A DNA stretch of 64,000 nucleotides from Isurus oxyrinchus (Eukaryota): contig JANJGN010000035.1 in the NCBI GenBank assembly GCA_026770705.1, forward strand, positions 13,392,001-13,456,000, written 5' to 3'. The translations under genes were made by a program, and so were the position numbers. The notes under the pieces were generated by a model that was given only the letters and a program-made list of their open reading frames with translations, was not told the origin of the DNA and did no database searches. Positions 13,600-25,199 of the stretch are shown here, one piece after another. How positions within the stretch are numbered: position 1 is the first letter of the stretch; each line of letters begins with the position of its first letter.

Positions 13600-14420
13600 A
13601 AGCAGTGAGTGTTCAAATGCAGCAAGGCCTGGACAATACCCGGGGTTGGGTTAAAAAGTGGAAAATGACATTCACGCCACACAAGTGTCAGGTAATAACC
13701 ATCTCCAGCAAGAGAGAATCAAACCATTGCACCTTGACGTTCATCACTTACCATCACTTAATCCCCGACTTTCAACTTGCTGGGAATGCCATTGATCAGG
13801 AACTTCTCTGGACTAGCCAAATAAACACAGTGGCTACAAGAGCAGTTCAGGAGCTAGGAATCCTGTGGCGAGTAATCCATCAACTGACTCCGCAAAGCCG
13901 ATCAACCGTCATCAGGCACAAGTCAGGGGAGTGATATAATGTTCCCCGTTTGCCTGGATAAGTGCATTTCTCACAACACACAAGAGGCTTGACACCAAAC
14001 AGCTCAAAGCAGCAATTTGATTGGCACCCCATCCACCAACATTCACTCCATCCTCCACTGATGCAGAGTAGCAGCCAGCAGTGTACAATCCAGAATTCAC
14101 AAAAACTCCATGGACAGCACCTCACTATCCCATGACAACTAGCATAAAGAAAGACAAGTTCAGCAGATAGATGGGCAGAATATTACCTGGTAGTGCCGCC
14201 CCTAGTAACTGACCAAGTCGAATTGAAAATATATCAGCAATCCCTTCACTGCCGCTGGGATGAAATCCTGGAACTCCCTCCCTAACAGCACTGTGGGAGC
14301 ACCTACACCACACGTGTTGCAAAGATTCATGGAAGCAGCTCAACACCATCTTCTCAAGGAGCAAAGAGTGATGGGCAATAAATGCTGTCCCAGCCAGGTA
14401 AGCCTACATCCCATGAATGA
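13600..14420 (+). mobile_element. CR1-superfamily LINE 3' part (SINE partner family)
   Basis: MQQGLDNTRGWVKKWKMTFTPHKCQVITIS ... WNSLPNSTVGAPTPHVLQRFMEAAQHHLLK. Paralog at ~57000-57820. Confidence 0.85.
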
Positions 14421-14984
14421 TATTTCTTTTTTTTCAATGGATTTGTGTTTCTATCCCGGGTATTGTGCTTCAAGGCTGTTGAGAATTCATCCGCATGTTT
14501 GTTGCTGATCTCTTGTCTAGTAACTCAGGTGTGTGAAACTATTTGTATCATTTCTGGTTCTGTTTTGTAATGATTGGGAACACACACAGTCTTAATTCTT
14601 AAAGCACTGGTCAGTCAATTTGCATTTAAATCATTGTCAAATTCGAACAATATCACTGCAATGTGTCCAAACAGAATAACCCAAAATATTCACAGTGAAA
14701 CTTTTTTATTTAATACAATATGCTGTGTAACAGAATGCATTAATAATATTTAGTTGTAATTCTTATTCCAGCAAATGGAATTTAACTTAAGGGAAGAGAT
14801 TTTCATGAGGATCTGATGGAATGTAAATTTAAATACACCACGGGGAACATTAACTTTGCTGATGGTTGAACTGAAATGTACTTTCACAACAAAGGGGCTT
14901 GAGATTATTGGACGAATGTCAAACGGAAAACTGAAGGTCACAAAGCAAATGAGATGCTGATCGATCGGAGGGCATTTTTAAAAA

Positions 14985-15260
14985 AACTCGTTCATGGAAT
15001 GTGGGCTCGGCCAGCATTTATTGTCCATCCTTAATTGCCCTTGTTCAAAGGGCATTTACGAGTCAACCATTGCTGTCGTTCTGTTGTCACATGTAGGCCT
15101 GAAGGGGTAAAGAGATGGATTCACGAACAGATTCTTGGTCATCAGCACTCGATTGGCTCCAGTGTTTTGTTATTTCGCTTCATTTCCACTATTCGCTGTT
15201 GCAGGACTGGATCACATTTCATTAACCCTGGGATTCTAGACGTCTTTTACCACATCCCCT
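14985..15260 (-). mobile_element. Shark SINE, internally deleted
   Basis: gccagcatttattgtccatccttaattgcccttgttcaaagggcattt...gtcacatgtaggcc. Confidence 0.7.
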
Positions 15261-16581
15261 CAATATTTCTGAAGACCAGAATTTTGGGAATAATGCTTGA
15301 TTCAGTGGCAGGAAAGCATCACGTTTAAATTTTCAATGAAATGTAAAAAAATCAGGACCACAAATTGTGGATTTGTCGGTATCTCGCTTAGAACGTCACA
15401 AGCTTCAATTCTGAGCTATATTATCAGATAGTGCGTGGTTCGTTTACATTTAAGTGAAAAGTTAGCTTGTTATCGGCTGTGAAGGTGCCTTTTTATTCCG
15501 GAAGGGGACGTGTCACATCTTCATGTGAATGTTCGACACTGCACTGGTCACAGCAAGGGTGCGTCATCAGCCCCTCAATTAGTCTACAACGCAGTGGAAG
15601 CGAAGGTCCAGCGAGAGGGATGATCCCATAACCATCACCAACAAAAAGAGAAACAAAGTCAGAACTCACATGTAAACACGTAAGTTACAGACTCGTGCCT
15701 TACTGCAATATTCTTCCTACAGTCACAATTTCAACAGATAATATTTTATATTAAGGATACTATATGGAAATTCTCCTGGACGATGTGTGGAGAGGTATCA
15801 ATAATTGCCCGCTTAAATTGACTTTCCATGTCCATTCCAAGCCAACTCACATGTATAATTCTTACATGATCGAAATACTTGCGAAACGTAAACTTCTCTT
15901 CACAGCTTGTTGAGCTTTCTCTGTATTCTCTCACAGGATACTCAGAGTGCGGATGCCAGGACTTTATATTTTAAAACAGAAATTGTGGCCATGTCAGGTT
16001 ATCTTATGGAAGAAGCAGTTATGCCTCTGGGAAAAGGTACTCTAATAAGGCCGCCTGTAATGGGAGATTGTTTGGGCGATAAGCGTTATGAGAGGAGAGC
16101 TTTCTTGTGCATTTATGATATTGAAACGATGATTACTTTATCAAAGTTTTAAAAGTTACAAGCAATCAGGACAGAAAGCATGTTTTGGGAGAGCCTATTC
16201 TTTTTGAAACCCTCTTACCTGTATTCAGCACCCAGGCGGCTTTACAGCAGTTAACCACAGCTTGGGATTGTTGTGCCTACTTGCTGGAACAGGAAATCCT
16301 TCCTCGTACACAAAACGCATTCTACACATTTACATTGTTGTTTCTCGTTGTAGTGTGATTGTTTTATAACACTACAGAAGTTTATTCCGGTAACGATTGT
16401 TGCATCATTTGCAAAAGGAAATCCTTCAGCTTATTACTCGATTTATTACGTTAGGGAAGCCGATGTGAGGGAAGCATTTATGAAATAAATTAAGGGAGCA
16501 AAGTCACCTGCTTGGAAATCTGTATGTGCTCGACGAACCATAGGAGCTTGCCTGGCCAGATTATTTCCAAAAACCTACTGG

Positions 16582-16589
16582 TATAAAAG
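16582..16589 (+). promoter_or_regulatory. Candidate TATA box of the MS4A-like gene
   Basis: tataaaag lies ~1 kb upstream of the coding ATG. A possible short non-coding exon ends at gag|gtatc (~16633), and there is an acceptor tttttttattag at 17533. Confidence 0.3.
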
Positions 16590-17561
16590 CAGTTAGCAGG
16601 CTAGAGATTTAGGACAATGCCAAATCCAGTGAGGTATCAAACGAAATTAGATGTCAAGACTGCGTTAGTGCAATTATTTGCTTTTTTTCTACAATGGGCA
16701 GTGCAAAGTCAAATTGACGAACTATACTCCTTAAGGGTGTATTATTATGGTTACTTTTGCCATCATCATTATTATACAGGGAAGGAAACTTTAACTGATT
16801 GTTATAATTTCAGTTAACAACACAGATTTAGGAGAATGATTTATCAAGCATATCTTCCAACAAAATTAGCCTTCAAGATTCCATCAGTGCAACCATCGGC
16901 GTTTTATTCTCGACAATGGACAGCACCACTTCAAATTGCGTAGCGACACACCTTAAAATTAAATTATTACATTACTATTGCCAACATCAATATTAAACAA
17001 ATAATTCAAATTCCTGTGGAACGTTTGCAAAGGGCTGCATTGATACAGTAAATTGGTTGCCGTGGAAACTCCAGTTCTCTTGACAATTGCTGCAAAATTC
17101 TAAGTGGACAGAGTAAATTCTTGCAATTTCCGGAGGCATGTCAGACAACTGAAACAAAAAATAATTTCGGAAATGAATGATTAAAAATTAAGCTATCGAT
17201 TGACACCAAGTCGATTCTTCTGACTGGAAAAGGAAGTTTCCTTTGAAGGTATCGTGTCTTGGGTTCTTTTGAACTGAACTATCAAAACTTTCAACACGTG
17301 ATTCGTGAAAAATGATTGAAAGCAACAGAACATTAACCGAACGAACTACATGTCGGATTCACAGCACTCGAGCCTGGTTAATTGGTAAAAAATGTGTTTA
17401 TTCATTCAGCGCCATATTGTTAATAATCCCAAAAAAATCGGTTAGCAACCTTTGCTTTAAAGGGGCTTATTGTTCGATCGGTATTAAGCGAAACGTTGGC
17501 AAGCTAAACTCTGAAGAACTATTTTTTTATTAGGGTTTATCATTGATCCATGATTTGAAAC

Positions 17562-17726
17562 ATGGCTGAATCAAAAAGCACTGCATCCGGACGCCCCATT
17601 CACGATGTACACAGCCAATACAAAACAGCAGAATACCCGGTAATGAACCGAGGCTCCCAGATTCTATCATTAGCCGTTCAGGAAAGCAGACGCGGGATTA
17701 AGCTGCCTCGAACGAAAACTCTCTGT
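17562..17726 (+). CDS. MS4A: MS4A-like coding exon 1 (cytoplasmic N-terminus, 55 aa)
   Basis: Kozak context aacATGG. Translates MAESKSTASG...EYPVMN...KLPRTKTLC, then donor gtaaga. The end matches the MS4A K.LG| junction. Confidence 0.7.
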
Positions 17727-17944
17727 GTAAGATAACACTTTGATTTTAATTCTAAATGTAATCACATTTGGCTGGGTTAAAATATTAATAGATAATGTTA
17801 CACAATATTCATTGAATTAAATGGCGCCGTCGGTTATCTATAACAGTATCATGAAATAGATAGTAACATTAGATCGATTAGATCTACACAATAATATCAC
17901 ATGTATAATTTCATTAGGGATTCAAGTCGACAATTATATGATTA

Positions 17945-18330
17945 TATTTCGGGACGTCGGCTGACAAGCTGTGTATTTAATGTTCATTTAAAGTTTCCCC
18001 TTTGAAAACACTGAGCTGGGCTTCTGTCTCGATCCGTCACAGGGTCTGTAGCGATGATGCTCCCAAAATATTAGCGTGGATGGCGTGGAGAAGTTTGAGC
18101 CAGCGAGGGTGGGGAAAAACATAATTTATTTGCAAGTAACGGTGTTGTGTGATTGAAATAGGCTCTTGGCTATGGTCACCCACCCACAGACAGGCTGGCC
18201 TTGACCTTTTCGGAGGTACTAGTTGCTGCTATGCTAGTTGCTGTCCACAATCTATGGATAGCTTCCCAGAGTGAATCCTGCAGACAGAGCTCATTACGAT
18301 CTCCAATCCACCCGTGGAGAAGGAAATTTT
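17945..18330 (-). mobile_element. Highly eroded LINE 3' end in MS4A intron
   Basis: gggacgtcggctgacaagc...tgtattt resembles the antisense tail of the SINE-partner LINE. Confidence 0.45.
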
Positions 18331-18369
18331 ATTTGACCTGATCCCGACTCTATGTGTTAATGCCCTACC

Positions 18370-19250
18370 TCAGGGTATTTTATGAAATGTTTTCCCCGAT
18401 CCCCCATCTTCGTCCTCTTCCAATTCCTGCCCCTGTTTCTATCTCCTCTCCCCATCCCTTTCCATTCTCCCTTTCACTCTCAATCCCTTTATTTCTCTCT
18501 GGCACTCCTCTCCATCCTCCATCCATCTCCCTCTCTCTTTGTTAATCAATTAATTCAGGATGTTTATGCAAGTTGATCCCTAAACAATCATCATTTCTTT
18601 TTCCATCTTCCTGCACTTCTTCTTATTTTTTTCTGCCCTCTCCCCATCTACCTTCTCGCTCTCTCCCCTTCTAAGCAACCACCCCCTCCCTTCCCACCCC
18701 AATCTCTGTCCTGCTCTCTCTTTCTCTCTATCTATCACATCTCCAACGCAACACTGTTACTCGCTGTCGCTCCCTCCTCATCTCTATGTCTCCAAACTCT
18801 ACTCTATATCTCCCACAGAGCGCCACCTCCCTCTCTTTCTATCTGTCTCTTCTCCCCACACACATGCCTTCCCCTTGTGTCTCTGACTCCCTCCCTCTAT
18901 CTCTGTCCGTATGCCTCCCACCCATGTCCAGATCCAGCACTCCGTCTTTTTCTCCCACACCTCCCTTTTGTTATTTCTCTCTTTCCCTCTCCTTCTATCT
19001 TTCTCTATCCCAATCTCACCCACACATAGTCACCTCTCTCTCTTGCTGTCAGTTTCTCTCTCTCTCTCTCTCTCTCTCTGTCTCCCTCCTTCTCCATCTC
19101 TCTCTCCTTCTGATGCTACCCCTTATCATACTCTCCCTCTCTTTCCATCCTTATCACTGCCAACGCCGCCCATTCCCGCTCTCCTTATCTCTCTCTCTCG
19201 CTCTTTGCTTGCCCCCTCTCTTCCTCTCTCTCTCTCTTATTCGCCGTTAT
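18370..19250 (+). repeat. CT-rich polypyrimidine tract / (CT)n microsatellite in MS4A intron
   Basis: Seen directly, including a (ct)n run near 19055-19079. Confidence 0.9.
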
Positions 19251-19310
19251 GTTTTCTTAGATTTGATGTGTTTTATCTGTGTGCACACTGTCGTACTTGC
19301 TATCTTTTAG

Positions 19311-19436
19311 GTTATTCAGGTTGCCTTGGGAGTCCTGTTTATTATCTACCGGATTATTCTCTACTGGACAGCAATAGCTCCGAGCCCAGCGCCCTTATCA
19401 AGAATATATAGAACACACTGGCTGAGCGGTCTGTCG
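19311..19436 (+). CDS. MS4A: MS4A-like exon 2 (TM1 and start of TM2, 42 aa)
   Basis: Acceptor ctatcttttag. Translates VIQVALGVLFIIYRIILYWTAIAPSPAPLSRIYRTHWLSGLS. Donor gtaagt; 126 nt, phase 0-0. Confidence 0.85.
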
Positions 19437-20414
19437 GTAAGTTTCAGGTCTAGGTCTGGAGCAGTCAATGTGAGAATGAATGGGACGGCTCGATTTGAGC
19501 AGATTAGTATGGGGAATAGCGTCCGTGCTTTCATGTAGCACAGCATAACCGACTGTTTCTCAATGTCAACCTTCCAGAAATTAACGCCAATCTTTCGCTT
19601 GCATTTCTAGGATGTTGATAATTCCCATAGCTACTTAGAAGCACATGGAAACCTGTACCACTCGGTCAAATTATAATAATAACGGCTATATTCTTCTCCC
19701 TCGGAGCAGAAATTGTCATCTCCCACAAAACAGCAAAGAAATTTATATACAAACCGGATTTTCAGATGTGACAGCACCTTTCTGTATTTCAGCCGCTGTC
19801 TGCTTCAGTATTAAATATAACTCCCTTTTTTTTTACATCCGCAAGCTCTGAAACTGTGCTTCGGACGTGTCACGTCCAGATCCTTTCTGTAATTCTCAGA
19901 GCAGAACCTCTATCTCCCAAACACATTTCAGTGATTTCCTTGCATGGAATCCCGCTATCCGCCACGTTGTCACGGGCTTCCAATTGACTGGCAATGGTCT
20001 TTTGCATCGATTTAGAGCTGGGACAAATGTCCCCTCAGATGACAAGCAGTGAAATCCATCTTTCACAGTCTCACCCATGTGTCCATGGAGCGTGTGGCTG
20101 TGTTAATTGCGCGCAATCAGCTCAAGTTGCTTCTTGCTGCTTGCAACATTCAACTCTCGTCCACATTGCTCATTTGCGCCCGAAACTTACTGGAGTCTGA
20201 AAACTTGAATATATGGCTCCCTATCCGTCCATTGCACCCTCGACAAACACCGCGACAAGCTAACACCATTTCACAGATCAGTGAGAGATATATCAGGGCA
20301 AATAACGTGAAGAATCAAACAGGATAAATTAAAAAGGATTCATGGTTTAAGAAATGTGTTATCATTAAAACACGATCTATCAAGTGAAATGGATATTTAC
20401 ACTTTTCGTTCCAG

Positions 20415-20471
20415 TTTATGTTTTGTGGTAACTTGCGGTTCATTGTAGAAGTGGAAATGAATAGACGCCGT
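20415..20471 (+). CDS. MS4A: MS4A-like exon 3 (57 nt)
   Basis: Acceptor ttttcgttccag. Translates FMFCGNLRFIVEVEMNRRR. Donor gtgagt. Size and sequence match the short FIISGSL exon of MS4A genes. Confidence 0.85.
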
Positions 20472-20846
20472 GTGAGTATATCCTTATTGTAATTTGGTGC
20501 ATTAAAACTTTTCAGCTCCAGGAGTACTGTTTTGATGTTAAATTCTGTGACGCAGATGAAACCACAATTTGATTCCACACACACAGGCCTGGGCAGAAAT
20601 ATAAAGAGGCATCGGAGAAGTGATTCGGAGGCTGATACGGGAAATAAATTCTCGTTTCAGGATTTTTTTCCAAAGTATATAAATGGCCGCATTTTGTCAA
20701 ATTCCGTGAACACAATTAAAACTGTTTTATTTTTAAAACATGCAATGCGCATTGACCGGAATTTCTATGTCTTTCCATGTATGCACCGAATGTATGTGAA
20801 ATATCATGGACAGATATAAAAATTAATTACTGCTTACTCTCCGAAG

Positions 20847-20987
20847 CTGTGGGCATGTGTGGTGGCGAATATGACCAGCGTCATTGTTCTGGCGGTGGAT
20901 GTGTACCTGCTTCACTTTGATATCTGCATTTGGCCCGGATTAATATTATACGCTACCGGAGGCGGCCGACGTCATTGTGCTGTTTAT
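20847..20987 (+). CDS. MS4A: MS4A-like exon 4 (TM3 and second extracellular loop, 47 aa)
   Basis: Acceptor ctctccgaag. Translates LWACVVANMTSVIVLAVDVYLLHFDICIWPGLILYATGGGRRHCAVY, with two loop cysteines. Donor gtgagt. Gapless against paralog 58896-59036. Confidence 0.85.
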
Positions 20988-21665
20988 GTGAGTACAGAAT
21001 CATTTCCTCCAACGCGGCTGAATTATGCGAATCGGCAAAGTCAGCTCCAGCGCATGCTTCATTTATTTTCTTTAGACTGAAAGGGAATGGATAGTATGGA
21101 GGGGGCTTCATCCCGTATTACTGACCCAAACCAACCTCCTTCCACCTAACCACCTGAACCTGGCGATAGAAGAAAAACAATTTGCCTTTGTCTGAGACGC
21201 TTAACCTGGTGAACCATCCTCTCTTGCTCCACAAAACTATTAATAGGCAAATGTCACAACTAGATACAGATAGCGATATATGTTAGGAAGGCAAAGCATT
21301 CGAAAAATGAAATGGGTTGGAGGAGCAGCCTCGGCTGCCTGGCTGCTGAGCAGCCTAGTGCAAGTTGGTATATGGGCAGCAGTGTTTTGTTTCATTTCAA
21401 ATTTAGCAAAGAGCTAAATCAAACAGGCGGGCCAAGAGACCATTGGAATATTCAAGACTAGAGGTGCCAGGTAATGATGACAGTTTTCGCGTCCAGCTAC
21501 ATAGTTGCCGCTCAAATGCACACAGAAACCATTTAGAGAAGTTAAGCACGCCAAGGCTAAGTAACTCCTACTACAACCCATCCCTAACAACCCGCGCACC
21601 CGGAACATTTCACAGCCATTCACCAATGATAATCTCATATTTATCATTTTGGATACACCCAATAG

Positions 21666-21792
21666 GTGGGAAGGGCATTGCCCTGCGTGTCCCTGCTGAA
21701 ACCCTGACGATTTTGTAAATATGTGTTATATTCGCCACTCAGACATCTGTTTTCGAGTGGAACGGTCCCAGCGTAATCACTTCCAGGCATTA
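21666..21792 (+). pseudogene. MS4A-like exon 5 (TM4), disrupted
   Basis: Acceptor ccaatag. Translates VGRALPCVSLLKP* (TGA at 21705-21707). Donor gtaact. The 129-nt paralog reads through and contains SAFGFRV, like MS4A SAFGCK. Confidence 0.55.
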
Positions 21793-22739
21793 GTAACTAT
21801 CTTCTTCGGAATGCTCAAAACCAGCTTTGTTGAATGGCCTGTTTGAGGCCAATTCATTCGTGATGTATTTTTTTCTTTACAATGAGGGTCTATATATATG
21901 GATGATATAGGCGTGGGTGTAAATAGATCAGAGTCAGATGCCCGATGAGTAGAACGTTAACCTTGTTTGTCGCATGTCATTAGTTTATCTGCTCCCCTGT
22001 CTACACATTGTCAGATAGTGAGGCAACGCTATTAAAATGTCGCCCATATATTCAATTTCCCTTGGATGCCCATTGGATGGCAGGTGGCTCTCTCTCTCTC
22101 AAGACGTTGTTGCCCCAGGCCAATGCCCCATCTCATCTCTTTACGTTCCTCAAGTGTGACTATATTCTCTGCCCAATACTAAGGGTTAAGATTCTTTGTG
22201 AATTGTGGTCTCCCAGTGGCACGAGAAATATCGTGATCGGAAGTCGATTTCCTTATTTCTGATTTTAATTAACGTGTTCTTGGTACTGATGCCCAGGGTT
22301 ATCCTTATGAGCTTCTAGTTATCCTTTGGATCCTAGCGATGTTGGAGATATTCATAGCAATCGCTGTTTCCTTTATTGGATGGAAGGCACTGGACAGAAA
22401 TTCGAAGACTCAGGTCCATAAGGTTAGTGAGGACCTTTTAATACTTGGTGTTGATCTGAAGAGAAACAAGCGACTTGAATTTATACAACACCTTTTCTGA
22501 ACATCAGAAAGCCCCTTACACGGAGCGAAACTGTGTCCTACTTATAAGAGCATAATTATCACAAGCTGATAATTCGTGTGTGTTGGGTAAGAGCTCGGAG
22601 GTTCAGAGGGTTTTGCGTGCCCTTGTGCATGAACCAAAAGTGTTACAATTAATTTGGAAAGCAAATAAAATGTCATAATTTTTAATATTTTTTTATTACA
22701 AAAGGATGTACCTAGCATTGGTGAGCCCCCACCTGTAGT

Positions 22740-23290
22740 TCTGTGTATATTACTGGCCTCCTTTTTTAAGGAATGTTGTAAATGCATTAATGGCAGTCAG
22801 AGAGGTTATGCTAGTTTAATACCAGGAGGGCATGCGTTATCTCATGTGGAAACGTTGGGCAGGTTAGGCTTGTATCCACTGGAATGCAGAAGAGCAAGCA
22901 ATAGCTTGGTTGAAAGCTTTAACATACTGAGGTGACCTTAGAAGGTGGATGTAGTGAGGATGTTTACTATTGAGAGAGAATCCAGAACTCGGTCATCATT
23001 GGTTAAAAATGAGTCGCTCATTTATGAGAGTGATGGGAAGACAATTTCTGACAGGGTGGTGAGTCATTGGCATGCTCTTCCTCAAAAGGTGGTGAAAGGA
23101 GATTGTTTTACTCTTTTAAAGGCAGAGCTGGATTGATTCTTTATTAAGGATGGGCTTAACGGTTGTCAGCGGTCAGTGGGAATTCAGATTTGAGGTTATA
23201 TTCAGGTCAGCCATGAACATATTGAATAGTGCAGCCGAATCATGGGGCCGAGTGGCCGTCTCCTATTCCTTGTTGCTATGCCCCTATGCT
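22740..23290 (+). mobile_element. CR1-type LINE 3' end
   Basis: LGRLGLYPLECRR...RVVSHWHALPQKVV. Longer paralog at ~60640-61420. Confidence 0.8.
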
Positions 23291-23719
23291 CAAATCCATA
23301 AAATCAAGAGTAAAGTGTTAACTTGGTATGGTATGGCCTCTGTGACATAAAGCAGTGGGTGCTGGCAGACAATGATGCTTTTCAGATACGAGTATGTTCT
23401 CCAAGTGTCAATTTTGGGTGAATTAATCTTTCCTAAGTTCTATAAATGAACAAGAGTATGCTGTAGGGAGTAACTTGATAAAATTTACATCTGGTTAAGA
23501 ACTGGGTAATTTCGTAGATATGATGACCGGGATCGTTGACTCCAGATGGCATAGACAGAGTAGAGAAATGGGCTGAAGTGTGGTAGATGGATCCGAATGC
23601 TGGTAAGTACGACGTTTGAAAAGATGAATATGTAAGGGCAATGTACACATACCATTCTGAAACGCGCAGATGTGAAGAAATGTCTTCCTGTCCATACGGG
23701 CCAATCATATTTTTGTTTT

Positions 23720-24040
23720 TGTTCATTCATGGGATGTGCACATCGCTGGATTGCGGCCAATATTTAGGGCCTGCCCTTGTTCAAAGGGCGTTGAAGTGTC
23801 AGCCACATTTAGGCCAGGCAAGGCAAGGACAACAGATTGCATTACCTGAAGGACATAGTTAGCCACGTTGAGCTTTAAGACAATCAGCAATCATTTCACC
23901 ATCATCAGTATCAGACTTCCAATTCCACATTTTTGTTGAATTCAAATTTCACCATTGGCCATGTAGAATCCGCATCCCCAGGTCATCACCCTCGGTCTGT
24001 AGAATACTGGTCAGTGGCAATAGCACGATGCACCATCTCT
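23720..24040 (-). mobile_element. Shark SINE, eroded
   Basis: ttcattcatgggatgtg...ttgaattcaaatttcacc. Paralog at ~61860-62180. Confidence 0.75.
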
Positions 24041-24955
24041 AAGTGCAGTTATGCAGTAAGAAATCGGCTGAATGTGCTACAACTTTATAAGTTGCAACCT
24101 CTGTATCAACTGCAGCTTTTGTGAACAATTCCTCACACAATTTGGAGATGATATACTAAAGCTTTTCAAGGTGCTGGGAGGATTTGATGGAAGAGATAGA
24201 GAGCGGCAGCTCCCTCCCGTGAATAGGCGGATAGCTAAGGAGCATGGATTGAACTTAATTGACTTAACGGGAAATAAAGCTCATTTATTTCACACACAGT
24301 TTTCTGAATCTGGGACGTTCTAAATGAAAAAAAAAAGAGTCTGGATGTTGCTTGCAAAAATAATTTTAAAAGGGAAGTAGACAGGCTATTGAGAATGAAA
24401 ACTTGACAGGTTTACAGAGAAAAAGGATGGGGAGGAGATGTTGGAAACACAATCAATGCATTCCTTCAAGAGTTCAGCTCACGGAGGATAGACAGATGTG
24501 CTGTTGATGTCGGAACCAGACCCGCACAGACAGCAGCAGGTAGAGGACATTTGAATGCTTTCTGGGCCAAGGCTAAGCTGAATGTAATTAGGCCAAAGCA
24601 GCAGGGGGTAAAAAGAGATCTGGTAGTCAGTGTTATGCGTGGAGCGGGTGCTGCGGCTGCCTGGGGCACCAAATTTCAGCTTGAAAGGCAGCTCCCATCA
24701 GCTCGTGATCCAGACCACACAGGCGACATAACGGCTTACGTTTAACACTCTGACATTGGTAATGTTTGTTTCAATATAACAGACCACTCAGTACGTCAAG
24801 GTGTGTATAAATAAAATAACATTTTTTGTGGAATATCATCTTCCGGACTCAGGATTTTGCTAAACCTTCACTCGCTAAATGAGTTACGTTTATTTTCTGA
24901 CTCAGGGCGAGACGGTTACCAACATCCTAGAGATACTCTCGTAGTTCTGAACATG

Positions 24956-25098
24956 NNNNNNNNNNNNNNNNNNNNNNNNNNNNNNNNNNNNNNNNNNNNN
25001 NNNNNNNNNNNNNNNNNNNNNNNNNNNNNNNNNNNNNNNNNNNNNNNNNNNNNNNNNNNNNNNNNNNNNNNNNNNNNNNNNNNNNNNNNNNNNNNNNN
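24956..25098. other. Assembly gap (143 N)
   Basis: Run of N. Confidence 1.
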
Positions 25099-25199
25099 AG
25101 ATATCTTATAAACACTCGTTGAATTAATATTTTTTGCGAAATTCCACTGGTATTCTAAATAAATCACGATTGTTTTAGTGAATTCCTTGTTAGCTCCTC

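Larger units (their letters stand above)
17562..21792 (+). pseudogene. MS4A: MS4A (CD20-like) family gene, copy A; truncated or recently pseudogenised
   Basis: Five phase-0 exons with the MS4A pattern: ...KTLC | VIQVALG...HWLSGLS | 57-nt FMFCGNL... | LWACVVANMTS...FD..C..C | TM4 exon. Exons 1-4 are open; exon 5 has a TGA and a 2-nt deletion relative to the paralog. Family-level call only. Confidence 0.8.

Noticed and set aside
13407-13934. 175-aa ORF as a host gene
   Set aside because: Its 3' two-thirds is decayed LINE reverse-transcriptase C-terminus.
15938-16037. Exon candidate with strong acceptor (DTQSADARTLYFK...)
   Set aside because: The donor (gtact) is weak, the peptide is not recognisable, and there is no paralog in the window to test it.
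16617-16900. Cytokine/interferon-like gene after the TATA box
   Set aside because: The signal-peptide resemblance is weak, the donor site is poor, and there are several stops. The TATA is more simply assigned to the MS4A gene.
18786-19310. 174-aa and 166-aa ORFs
   Set aside because: Artefacts of the CT-rich intronic tract.
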